Source of the DNA: Phoronis australis
Taxonomy: Eukaryota > Animalia > Phoronida
Length of the DNA stretch: 52,634 nt
Direction of reading: 5' to 3'
Assembly (NCBI GenBank): GCA_002633005.1
Contig: NMRA01000326.1
Location: 298,223-350,856, forward strand
Every line of letters starts with the position of its first letter. Position 1 is the first letter of the stretch. The position numbers were made by a program, and so were the translations under genes. This document shows, one piece after another, positions 11,001 to 23,000 of the stretch. Below the pieces are notes generated by a model. The model had not been told where the DNA came from. It did not search any database and was given only the letters and a program-made list of their open reading frames with translations.

Positions 11001-14000
11001 CATAAATAGTGGTGTGGAGCATATCCTAAAAGACTATTATGGGCATGGCTAAAAGACCTTGTGTGGTAAACGGAGATTTTTATTTCATAAATAGTGGTGT
11101 GGAGCGTAAAACCAAATTTCTGACTTGATTTTTAAGTGACTTGTCCTGAAACAGGCGCTTGGGAAATAAGTGTGGAGACTGTGTTCATGGCTCTTCAACA
11201 AGCACGCATTCTTATAACAAAGATAGATGAATTTAAATTGGAATATGGCTCTGTTACAATTTCTTGCGAAATACCTTCCTGAGGCAGGTTTTATAGGCAA
11301 GCCCTAAGAGCTTGAATGCTGTTCATTTTTGAAACTTGTTAAAGTAAGTCATGTTTCAGAAAAGTAAATTGTTGATGATATTTTGTGATTTGGATAGGAG
11401 GATCTTCAAGTCACTGTATTGTCACTGCTGTAATGACTATGTTGGTGGTTTTCACAAACATCAAATGCAGACCTGTTTCATGAAACGTGTCTTATCTCAC
11501 TAGTGTTGTTGTTCATGCACTAATTTTGACGTTCATGCTTATGGTCAAATGTCACCAGTTTGGGACATAAGATGGCCGACAAGCGATTTTTTTTCATTTT
11601 TTTTCTAAAAGAAAAGTAGCTCTAAAACAAATGCTTGATCATCCTGAGTTGCATGCTTTATCTACTGTTGGACAATTTGTTGTGAAACTGGACATGCCTT
11701 ATCTACTGTTGGACAATTTGTTGTGAAACTGGCCATGCCTTATCTACTGTTGGACAATTTCTTGTGAAACTGGCCATGCCTTATCTACTGTTGGACAATT
11801 TGTTGTGAAACTGGCTAAGCCTTATCTACTGTTGGACAATTTGTTATGAAACTGGCCATGCCTTATCTGTGGTTAGAAAATGTGTTGTGAAACTGGCCAT
11901 GCCTTATCTATGGTTAGAAAATGTGTTGTGAAATAATATTGTGGCCATTCACAACAATGTTAGACGCATTTGAAACTTTAAAAATAGAAATTGGTAAAGA
12001 AACTGTCAACTGGTGAGACATTATGATAGTCTTAACTTTGATGGTTGGTATTGTTCAACAAACATGACACTTGGTGGAGTGATGACATTTCCAGGCAAAC
12101 TGTGCTGGATTCAGGATGGTGTTGTCATTAAAACAGATAGGGCTGCTTTAGGGTTTCCCCATTTCTGCAGTTCAAAAGTCCTGGACGCCATTGGCAGGTT
12201 TAATTCCCAGTAAGGGACTCGTCTATGTTCCGTAAATAGTTAGGACATTTGTGTAATTGTTCAAGCACTGATTGTCCATATTCTGCCGCTATTTTATGTT
12301 CAGTACTTAGTCAGCTTTTAGCTTTGATACATATTAAAAGTAAACTAAAGATAAATTCTTAACATTACTGAAAATAAATAGCAACCTTTTCATACAACGT
12401 CCCGAATATAAGGACTAAATCTCTTTGTATTTTCACTGAAATGTGGACCCAGTTTCAGATATTTTATTATTTTAAGTTTCATAAGTAAAAGAGGAGCCCA
12501 TAATAAATATGATAAAAAATAACAGTGATTGAAAACATATGGAATCCTTAGTTGTGTGCAACCAGCCACAGTATCCCTGTGGTATCCATCTCAATTTCTG
12601 GATCTGATGTGTTGGCATTGATGTGTTGTCATCATACAAGTCGGTGTGTGTTCCTTTAATTGACTCCTTGTATGTTACAGACTCCACCAAGTTCGCCTAG
12701 CTCTCTTGGTTCCCGTAAGTCCAGTATGTGTAGTATTAGCAGCATCAACAGCTCGTCTAGTGGCTCCACCAAGTCACACTCACCTCATCATCGGCATAAA
12801 CAGGTGGGTAGCACTGCCCTCTATAATCCATTGTAATGTCTGTGATTCGGTGTAACACTAGGAGTGCTGGGCACTCAATAGATGGTTGCTTCCTATCCTG
12901 TTCTCCAATGCTCTGCTGTGAATTGTTTTTAAAATGTTCCACTTCTGCATGAGGAGCTATCATCTTCAATATTGCCTTTTGCTGATACAGCAATAGATAA
13001 AGAAACATTATGTGGCTATTCTTCACTTATTTCGCTCAAAATTTATTTGCTAAACTCGTCATTTTTCTATATTTAAAAGCTGATTGCCATGCAGAAAATA
13101 GTAAAAACCAGGTGTTGTTGTATGACATCTCCACAGTACTAACCAAGAAAAGGTTAGACCAATGTGTTGTGCAACATCTACACAACACTAACCAAGCAAA
13201 GCTTAAACCAATGTGTTATGCAACATCTACACAGAACTAACCAAGCAGTGGTTAGACCAATGTGTTGTGCAACATCTACACAGTACTAACCAAGCAAAGG
13301 TTAGACCATTGTGTTGTACAGCATCTAAACAGTACTAACCAGGCAAAGGTTAGATCAATGTGATGTGACGTCTACGCAGTATTAGCCAAGGAAATATGAG
13401 ATCATTGTGAAATATCCCTGTTCTTTAGGCGATAGGTGAAGGATTACCTTTCTTGTGGTGGAATGGCAGATGAATATAGTAATAACATAATAACTGAGTA
13501 GTGCACAGTTTGACTGCTGATGTTTTAAAAGTTTTGTATATAACTAAGTTGGAAAATGAACATTGGCATTTATTGTCTGTAAAATGAATTATTTTGGGCA
13601 AGTTTCCTGTAATTTCTGGAGCGTCAACAGTTTAACCAGCGCAATGTGCCATACATTTTGTGTTTTATTAAGTTGTATTTTTAGCACATATTATGTTACA
13701 CAGGTATTGGGAATATTTATTACATATGTTACTCAGGTATAGCGAATATGGATAGCTTGTTACGCAGGTACAGCGAATATGAATAGCATATGTTACACAG
13801 GTATAGTGAATATGGATGGCATATGTTACACAGGTATTGCGAATATTTATTACATATGTTACACAGGTATAGCGAATATGGATAGCATATGTTACACAGG
13901 TACAGCGAATATGAATAGTATATGATACACAGGTATAGCAAATATGAATAGCATATGTTACACAGGTATTGGGAATATTTATTACATATGTTACACAGGT

Positions 14001-17000
14001 ATTGGGAATATTTATTACATATGTTACACAGGTATTGGGAATATTTATTACATGTGTTACACAGGTATAGCGAATATGGATAGCTTGTTACGCAGGTACA
14101 GCGAATATGAATAGCATGTTACACAGGTATAGTGAATATGAATAGTATATGTTACACAGGTATAGCGAATATGGATAGCATATGTTACACAGGTATTGCG
14201 AATATTTATTAGATATGTTACACAGGTATTGCGAATATTTATTACATATGTTACACAGGTATAGCGAATATAGATAGCATATGTTACACAGGTACAGCGA
14301 ATATGAATAGTATATGATACACAGGTATAGCAAATATGAATAGCATATGTTACACAGGTATTACGAATATTTATTACATATGTACACAGGTATAGCGATT
14401 ATGTATAGTATATGTTACACAAGTATAGCGAATATTTATTGCATATGTTAAACAGCTATAGCGAATATGTATAGCATAATATTACGCAGGTATTGCGAAT
14501 ATGTATAGCATGTTACACAGGTATATCGAATATGTGTAATATATGTTGCATAGGTATAGGGAATACAAGAAGAATTAGTAATTATTTCAAATGTTTTTCT
14601 TTCAATAACACTTAAAGGATCTGTCAGCAGTGACTAAGCCCAGTCAAAACTGTCACTGTTCAAGTGTGTCTTGGCAGCTTTACTGATAAATGTAACGCAC
14701 TCAGCTAAGTTTTCAAAATATTTTCTTCCTGACTTTGGTGTTTGATTCTCTGCATGGCTGCACCCTGTTGATGCTTTGGGGTCACTGCGTAATCTTTATT
14801 CACTCAACATGCTGTCAAAACTAATAGCTTTCTACATACTACATAACTTGCCAACTGCAATTTCTTTCATTCAAAGTCTTGCCTCAATTGTGCCTGTGTT
14901 TTCAGTTAAGATATTTATTTTATTGTTGCCCTTGGCATCAGCTCTGGTTCCCCAAGCACGACACGTGCCCCAGTCGGTGTGTTTTTGTTACAACAGATGC
15001 ACTAGACTGTGGCCCCAGTTAAATGTTTTCTTTGCTTGTGTTTATCAGCAGCCGCCGCCAGGCACGTTGAGGCTGTCAAGTATTTCGTCCCAGGACTCGG
15101 GCTTTACGTCACAGGACACCTTGTTTCTTAAGCCACTGACTCCCCCACCCCTGGATTATAGACGACAGGTATTATTATTTTATGGTCACCTTGTCTCAAG
15201 TTGTCAACTAGTTCGCTATTCGGCTGGTATTTTTTCCGCTTGTATTTTATTTACGGGGCAGTATGTGTGTGGCATTGGCTGATTTAATGCTAAGCCTGTT
15301 TTGTTTTGTTTTGCTTCGAATTTTACATAATTTCACTGCTTAATTTCTGCTTTGCATCACTTAGTGAACAAGACTTGAGTAACCCATATTAACAGAACAT
15401 TTCTCTTTATTCTTTTTATTTTATGTTAGAGTGATCAACTACTGTCCAATTAATTAGAAATGATCAACTGCAAAAGAAACATCCAGTTTGCCTGTAGGCT
15501 TCAAAGGGCTTCAGAATGTCTGTAGGCTTCACAGGGCTTCGAGAATTAGTGGAAATAAAGTCAATGTTGAGCAGATTAGTTTGCATTGTTCTCTAGTACC
15601 CCCCCCCCCACTGTTGTTTCATCATAATCTACACAATTGGTCATTGGAAAAAGTGAATCTAGACTGTTGAATTGAACTGGATGTCTCAATGTGACTATAT
15701 TCCTCTTTTCACTTTTGCAGATGGCACCAACTGACGAGAATGAGAGCAACAGTAATGCTTCAACCCCGTCTTCGCCATATCCTACCCCCTCAACACCCAC
15801 ATCTGTCTGGGCAGAGTGGCCTGACCCACCGTGTGCTCCCAGGACTGCCGAGTCAGACAGGCCTCACACGATATCCGCTGGTAAGCACTGTAACCAAAAT
15901 GCATCAGCATCATTATAAGCAAGAACCCATCTGGTTTGAGAGGTTATTAAAACCTGTTTTGGTGATATCAACCATTCCTCATTCTGTCCGCTGCTAATAC
16001 ATCACATGACCTATCTGTGTCTAGAATGGTTGATGGTCTTTCCTTATGGTTGTTTTGTAACTTATGTAAAACTTATGTCACATTTGCGTGTTTAGCAAAC
16101 TTTGTGAGGAGTTTTCAAAATTTGCTCCAAGCGTAAAGGATAGTACTTTTAATTTGTCATTTGAAGAACCTATGTTTGAGACATTAAGCTGTGTTTTCTG
16201 ACACAGCTAAAGTAAAGCAGGGTCTGTGTGGATTATATGCATCTCAAATAACAAAATGGTGTTCAAGGCAGGCTGTAATAGTTGTTCAACTCTTTACAAA
16301 CACATTGTGTGAAGAGTTACTTTAAGTGCTAGCAATTTGACTTCCTGTAAGCATTAATCCTCTTATCTTATCCAATGTAAGTTGAATGAAGGCTCATGGA
16401 GCTAGGTAGGTTGTCATAGTACATGGTATAGGCTGGATATTGTCCTAGTTTTATTAATATTGGCCATGGTAATTTTGCTATATGGTCTGCTGAAGGATTA
16501 CGTAATATTGGTGGCTATGGTAACAGGGCATGTTAGAATTCAGCAAGTCTCACATAGAGGGACCATGTTTTGGACCAACCTGTGACAACCTGGGAGTAAT
16601 ATGGATATTGAGAGTGACTGGTGAAAGAGCAACAAACAGTGGAATGTACTTGCACAATTGATAACACTACATTAGCACCAGGTGTTACTAAACTTTCTTA
16701 TTGATTGAAAGTTGGTCCTTCTTAGTAAAGGCCCTTTCATATTGACTTAACTCCGGTCTGAGCGGAGCGTCGACGTAAACAGCGCAGTTAACTGGACCGT
16801 TCATACTGGCTTCGGTAGTTAATGACCATCGAAGTAAAGGGTTGGTGACCCTGACGTCATCGAAGTTATCGCAAGGTAGCGCTGCACGCTAAGATTTTTT
16901 TCAATGTGACAATTTGGAACATTTAAATGTGCTAAATGACATAAAACTCATTTTTAAATCGATTGGTTATCATTAAACCCAAAAATAAGTAGTTATTAGT

Positions 17001-20000
17001 GACGGCACTACTCTGTAACTGTTGATGATAACAGTGGCACCTGGCGATAACTTCGATTGGACCGGAGTTAAGCGTTCATACTGCACCGCAGCGTCGACGC
17101 TGCGGTCTTAAATCCACCTATTAACTGCGATGTTAACTGGAGCTCTTAACTGCGATCCAGGACCGGAGTTAAGCGTTCATACTGACCGCAACTCCCCAAA
17201 CCATCGACGCGTCGACGTTAGTATGAAAGGCCCTTTAAGCATTTACAATTAATCAGTCTCTCTAAGAGTGTTTCACAAACCCATCATGACCATGTGACAT
17301 CAATGACTCTCATTTATCTCTGGCCTCTGTCTGCTTGTTTATTTTCCTTCATTTACTGGGAAGCTGTTGAACTACTGGACTATATTTTGTGGTGTTTATT
17401 GCTCTTGAACTTTCACTGTCTTTTTAGCTTATGAGAAGACCCATGCCCGACCCATGCTGACGGCTCAGACTTTTGAGCCCCCGAGAGCACTGGATCGTCC
17501 TAAAACCACACCTCGTAGCCTTTATGAGTTGCCTGAGAATGCTCCTGCAGGTTTGCAATAATGTCATAATCCACAGTAAAAACCTTATGGGTACAAAATT
17601 GTTAAAATTAATGTTCTTCTATTTTACGAGGTTGCTGAAGCACTTGCTTGTTATTTTTACTAAATGTTAGTGGCAGCTGTGAAATGAATTTGTGTTGAGG
17701 AACTTGACAAAATGGAAGGATTATTCCACTTTTTACTATGCTGTATGCTAAACTGATGGATTTGTTTTTAACTGTATCGTGTCACATGATTTCCTTGAGA
17801 TTACCTCTAACAGGAAAGAAAGTTTATTGAGTGCCCAGGTTGTCAAATGTAGTAGCCTTATAATGGTAATGTTTTGATCATAATTACTGGAAAGCTCTTA
17901 GTTGAAAAACTGCTGTAAAAAGTCTAGGACTTATTTTTATGTTTATGCAGGGTGTCATTATGTTCCCTTCTAGACATACCGGCTACTCCTTACCGACCCC
18001 ATGTGGCCACACCAAACAAACCCAAGGTGATGCACAAGCCCACCGATCGACCCCCTGTTGGGCCAAAGCCAAAGGCCAAGCCAGTGCGCACGCCTAGTGT
18101 GCCTGACTACAACCAGATGGCGCCTGATCAAAGTAAGGAGGAAAATGGTAATGTCAATTTTTATTCCAGTTCAAATGCCGTAGACGTGGTGCAGCTCCTC
18201 TATACTTTTACCCCTCGGGTAGTGTATGAGATTCTCTTTCACGCTTTTTAACATTTCTTGGTTATTTCATTAAAATGTTCATATCATTTGCTTATTGTGT
18301 TTGTTGGTTATAACTTGAAATTTACTCTTAACTTTCTTTGTGGTAACTTATGGCTTATGTTTCAAACAGCCTAATAGCATGTCTTGAGATAGGGCTTTAA
18401 TATTAGTTTAAGTGACCTGGTTTGTCATTCTTTGTGCTATAATTTGTAGTGGTGGCTTTTCCAAGTTCTAGTTTTTATTTTTAAGAACCTTGCATTTTGT
18501 TTATCGTTTATTAGCTATGGTTTTCACTTTTGGGGTGCCAGTCTGAAGCAAGTGGTCGGATAGTGATATCACACTGTTATCCAGAACAGATACTTGAAAG
18601 TCTGATGAAATTTTAGGTCAAATGATACGTCAGTCAAACTTATTCGTGATGTTGTCAAACTTGGTTGATGCACTGAACTGAATTAGTGTTATGAACTGTC
18701 TACTTAAAACTAATTGATGTGATGTTACTGTTTCAGTCCTACCACAGCCAGTGTACATGAACACAGCCCAGTTGGCACAGCAAGCGGCGGAGAAGCATCA
18801 GCAAGAGGCTTTGGAGCGACAAGAGTCATCTGAGACTGAGAACGACTTGCCAACGCCCACAGCGACCAGTGAGGTGAGTGACCCCTGATGGTGGTCTCCA
18901 TGACAAGCGACATGTAGGCAATATCTGTAATTCATATAAATCAGGTTGTTTATTGTTTTGCGTGACTTTTGAAAGCCTGTTTGACCACAATGTTTGGATA
19001 TAATTTTGATGCCTAAGTTATAGAGGGAGGTCAGTATTATGACGAATAATTCACTTTTGACTTGTGTTTCTAACTGTTAATTTCCTCTGCTACATTGAAT
19101 ACCGGGGAAAGATTTAATTTTGGGAAGCCTATTTCCAAAAAGTAATTTCATGAAAAATGCTGTTTTCGAAATACATATCGAGGCCACTTTTTCAAAGTTC
19201 TTGCAAGATGAGCTATCCCATTCATCAGACGGCAAGACCAACACAAGCATGAGGCAGGTCACTAACTACTGCTCAACAACATGTCATGGAAATAAACAAC
19301 ATTTCTTGAGTCTGCTAAAAAATAATTCTGCAGTGAACCTTTTTGTATCGAGATTTAAAAATTTTACATGTAAGTGGAGTGACAAAAAAGCCCAGTTGTT
19401 AAAAGCAAAAATGGTCACTTGGCATTGCTTTTGATGTCTGATAATGTCATGGTTTTTTCGACTGAAAGTACCTGCATGTGGTCACATGTGGAGATAATTC
19501 TGACCAGATGTTAGCCAGATAAGACATCCTGGCATTGGCTTGCATAGTAAATAACAGCCCAGTTTTAAATTTTCTACCATCATTTCAAAGCCAGTCGGCG
19601 AGCAGGCTTTGTCAACTGTGCTGTTGTGTTTAAGTTATATTTGATGTTGTCAAGTCTTAGTTGTTTCTACTAATTTCTTTGCACAAACTCACTATCACCA
19701 TTACCCTGATAGCTAGGAAATTTTGGAGGGTACTAGTTGTGTAATAGTTTCTCCTGGATGGAATGATGCACTAATATGGATGGGACCAGTTGTAATGAAT
19801 GTCAACTACAAATAAATGTTAAAATAAGTAATGTCAACTACAAATAAATGTTAAAATAATGGGGAAAATTTTGTTCTGTTGTAGCTGCAATAAGACCAAT
19901 TTTTTGATGCAGATCACTTCCCATAATGCATTTGTTTAGATCACTTACATGAAAGTGGTCTCACATTGTTCCTTAGTCAAGGTGATTTCAATGATTTGAG

Positions 20001-23000
20001 GGAACTGTCAGTTCACTATTGCACAAGAATTTGCTCTACTAGTTGTCTTGCCATGGTGTGTCACTTTATGCACTATCCGCGTTTTCAAGAAATAACAAAA
20101 CTTAAATCTCTTCTCATCCGAATGAGGAACAAGTTGACATCAGTTTTAAAGGGTTTAGTGGTCTAAATCAAAAGTTCACTTCTCGAATGGAACACAGGTT
20201 TATATCAACTTAAAGTTAAACTACTCGGGTTTTTCCTCGTCAAAAAAGTGTACTTTAAAAATACTATTTTTTGTCCCCTTTGGCACTGTTGAGTATTTCT
20301 GTGCAACATTCAGGTCATCTTATACTGACACTACTTCAGTTGGTTGCCAGAATAATGTTAGAATTTAATTAGCAATCTCAAAATCACATATGCATGATGG
20401 CTGATAATTGTTGTATAAAAGTTGTCAAAAGTAAAAACATATTTCTTTAAATTCTTAAAAATTGACAAGATTAGTTGTGAGTCTCTCAGAGAGCGGAATG
20501 TGTGGAAATGTGGGTAAACCTGAGTATTTTACCTTTAACTTTACTATGAATTGCTTGCATCATCTTTCTGGTGTAGCGTAGTGTAGTGACTGATTTTGAT
20601 GTACGTTTGTATTTCCTTACGCAGGGACACGGTAGCTTTAGTTAAGAGGACATTATCGGTATTACAATCAAAGAACATGTTTTGGGGATAGTGCTGAACT
20701 GGACTTCTTGAAGTTCTTAACATTGATCAGATCTATAAAACAACAAAGTTTATTATTTTTGTGATTTTATTACAAATCGCCAATTCTTGCCATTGTTTGC
20801 CGGACATTCGCTTAAATAATAGCCAAAGAATTTACCATTGAAAGCCCCTTTTACTCGAGAGACAGTTGTCACTGTGTAAGTTGTCACGGCGAGACTTGCT
20901 CCACTTTAGTCGCGTTTACACGATATTAGCAAACTGGATTGGCATGAGTCACTTACACCAAGACTGTCTGTGCATGGACACATAAACAACAGCGAATGTC
21001 CAAACCATGTAGAGTGCCAGCGGATCACCCAGTGTATACGCTATTGCGCAAGCGCATTGAAAGATAATCTCTTTCCTCACTGCTTAAGTTGTGTTTAGAC
21101 GTGTAGTTGAACCTGTAGCAACTGATCGATTACAACTGGCTCCACCTATCAAACCAATGTAAAAACTGGTGTGTCACTTGCTCCATGTCGGTCGTGTTTA
21201 CAAGCATACTTTCACCCGATCATCTCTTCCATGTTAGTTGCGCCGTGTCAGCTGTCTCTCATGTAAGTGCCGATTAACTATGGTTAAAACACTCGTCATT
21301 TATCAAGTGGGATTGAGCTTTGCCAGCAGAGCATATGGTTGCGACCATGGGGTTCCAAGCTCGATTCCGTGCTGCGGCTCATTTCAAAAGTCACTTTTCT
21401 TGCCGATAATGTCCTTTTAAAGCTTGTTTTCAACTGCATGTCATTTAACCTTGGTGTTTTTTAAGCAGATACCTTGTTCACCATCTTCAAAGATTTAGAC
21501 CAGTTCTCACACATGCGATTTCTTCCATTTTATTCAATCTATTTCTAGCTTGCATAGTTCTTTCAGGGGAACAGTTACGAAATGTCACTGTTTTAGAGGG
21601 TTTCTTAAAGATTTTTAAATGAAGCGGACGTTTAAAAATAAACTATAGGTCAATGAAAATTCTCTGTTGAAATTATTAAAAACGCTTCTTCAAACACCAG
21701 ACTGTGTAAGTATTCTTTTTAGTAGTGATTTACAGTTCAGTATGTTGTGTAAAAAAAACTCATTAGAAACTCCACAGACTTAAACGTGCACGATTTTTCC
21801 AATCAGACAAGTGTCAAGTATGCAGTAAGCATTTACTACTGTAACTTTTTTTGATAATGTCACCACTGTGGCGCACCGACTGAATATTTTGTCCGTTTTA
21901 TGTGAAAACGGCTAGAATTTAATGAAAGGCCAATTCATTTTGACAAGAATTTGAGCGTTGTTGAATCCAAAAATAGTGACATTCTCCTGTGAATGGACGT
22001 TTAAACTGGTGATGTTTGCTATCCATGTACTAATGCCCTCTGCTGGTTGTTAGGGTTACTTTGAGAATGCCCTGGACCTTGCCGCAGCTGTACGTGAGCT
22101 GGAAGCTAACACCGCGGCACTATACCGCTTGCCAGCATACGAGGGCACAACATACAACAACCAACAGGCAAGCCTCGTGCTGCTCCGTCTAAGCTGTCGT
22201 TCTGTTTGTCTGTCTTGTTTGTTATGCATCCCACGCTTGTCTGCTGACATTCACTGTTGTTTGCATGCAGCTTTGTTCAATTCATGATCATTTCTGTATA
22301 CTGTTTTTAACAGATATTCCCTTGGGTGTTTAACAAAGCATTTGCAACATCTGCTAACCAAGTGTAAACTGCATGTGATTCCACCCATGTGCGTATTCAA
22401 CTTACTAGATGTCCACTTGATCAAATTGGTCATTATGTTTGTAACGTCTAGTAGAGTCTTGCCCAGTTTTTACAAAGGCTAAGGAGTGGCACCATTACAT
22501 GCCTACAACATATAGCGCCTGGCAACAAATGGGAAAGACTGTCCATTTTCTTAAAAGAAACAGGTAGACTTGAAAATTTTCTTCACAAAGAACCTGTTGA
22601 TCAGTAAATGCCAGGGCTCTCATGAGTTTTATCTCAGGTGCTTCGTGCAATGTTCTGGACCACTAGGCCTTCCTACTTACGATGCACCACAAAAGACATC
22701 ACACGGAATGCACTCTTTTTTATGTTCATAGCATTGGTTTTAGCATCATCAAAAACTTCTGACCACTTTTGTGATGTTTGAAAATCCATCTTCAATTTCT
22801 ATGACCGAATACAGCTTACTACTCAGAGTTACAGTAACGAGGGAGTGGGTGTCAAAACAATTGAAACGGTGCTTAAGCATTCAAACGTGAAGTTCTGGAA
22901 ACTTCATGGCTCGACGCTCAGCCCACTATGGCAGTAAACCTGAGTGGGTATAATAGTCCAAGTATTCTCATTTATTTTGTCACTTGACTCTGATGTAAGC

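Noticed and set aside
11652-14565. Regular 33-49 bp repeats as CRISPR-like arrays
   Set aside because: Head-to-tail units without unique spacers, no cas genes, eukaryotic intron context.
14942-14976. Possible MTSS1 microexon upstream of 15049
   Set aside because: The available AG/GT pairs give 35 or 20 nt, which are not frame-preserving between phase-0 exons.
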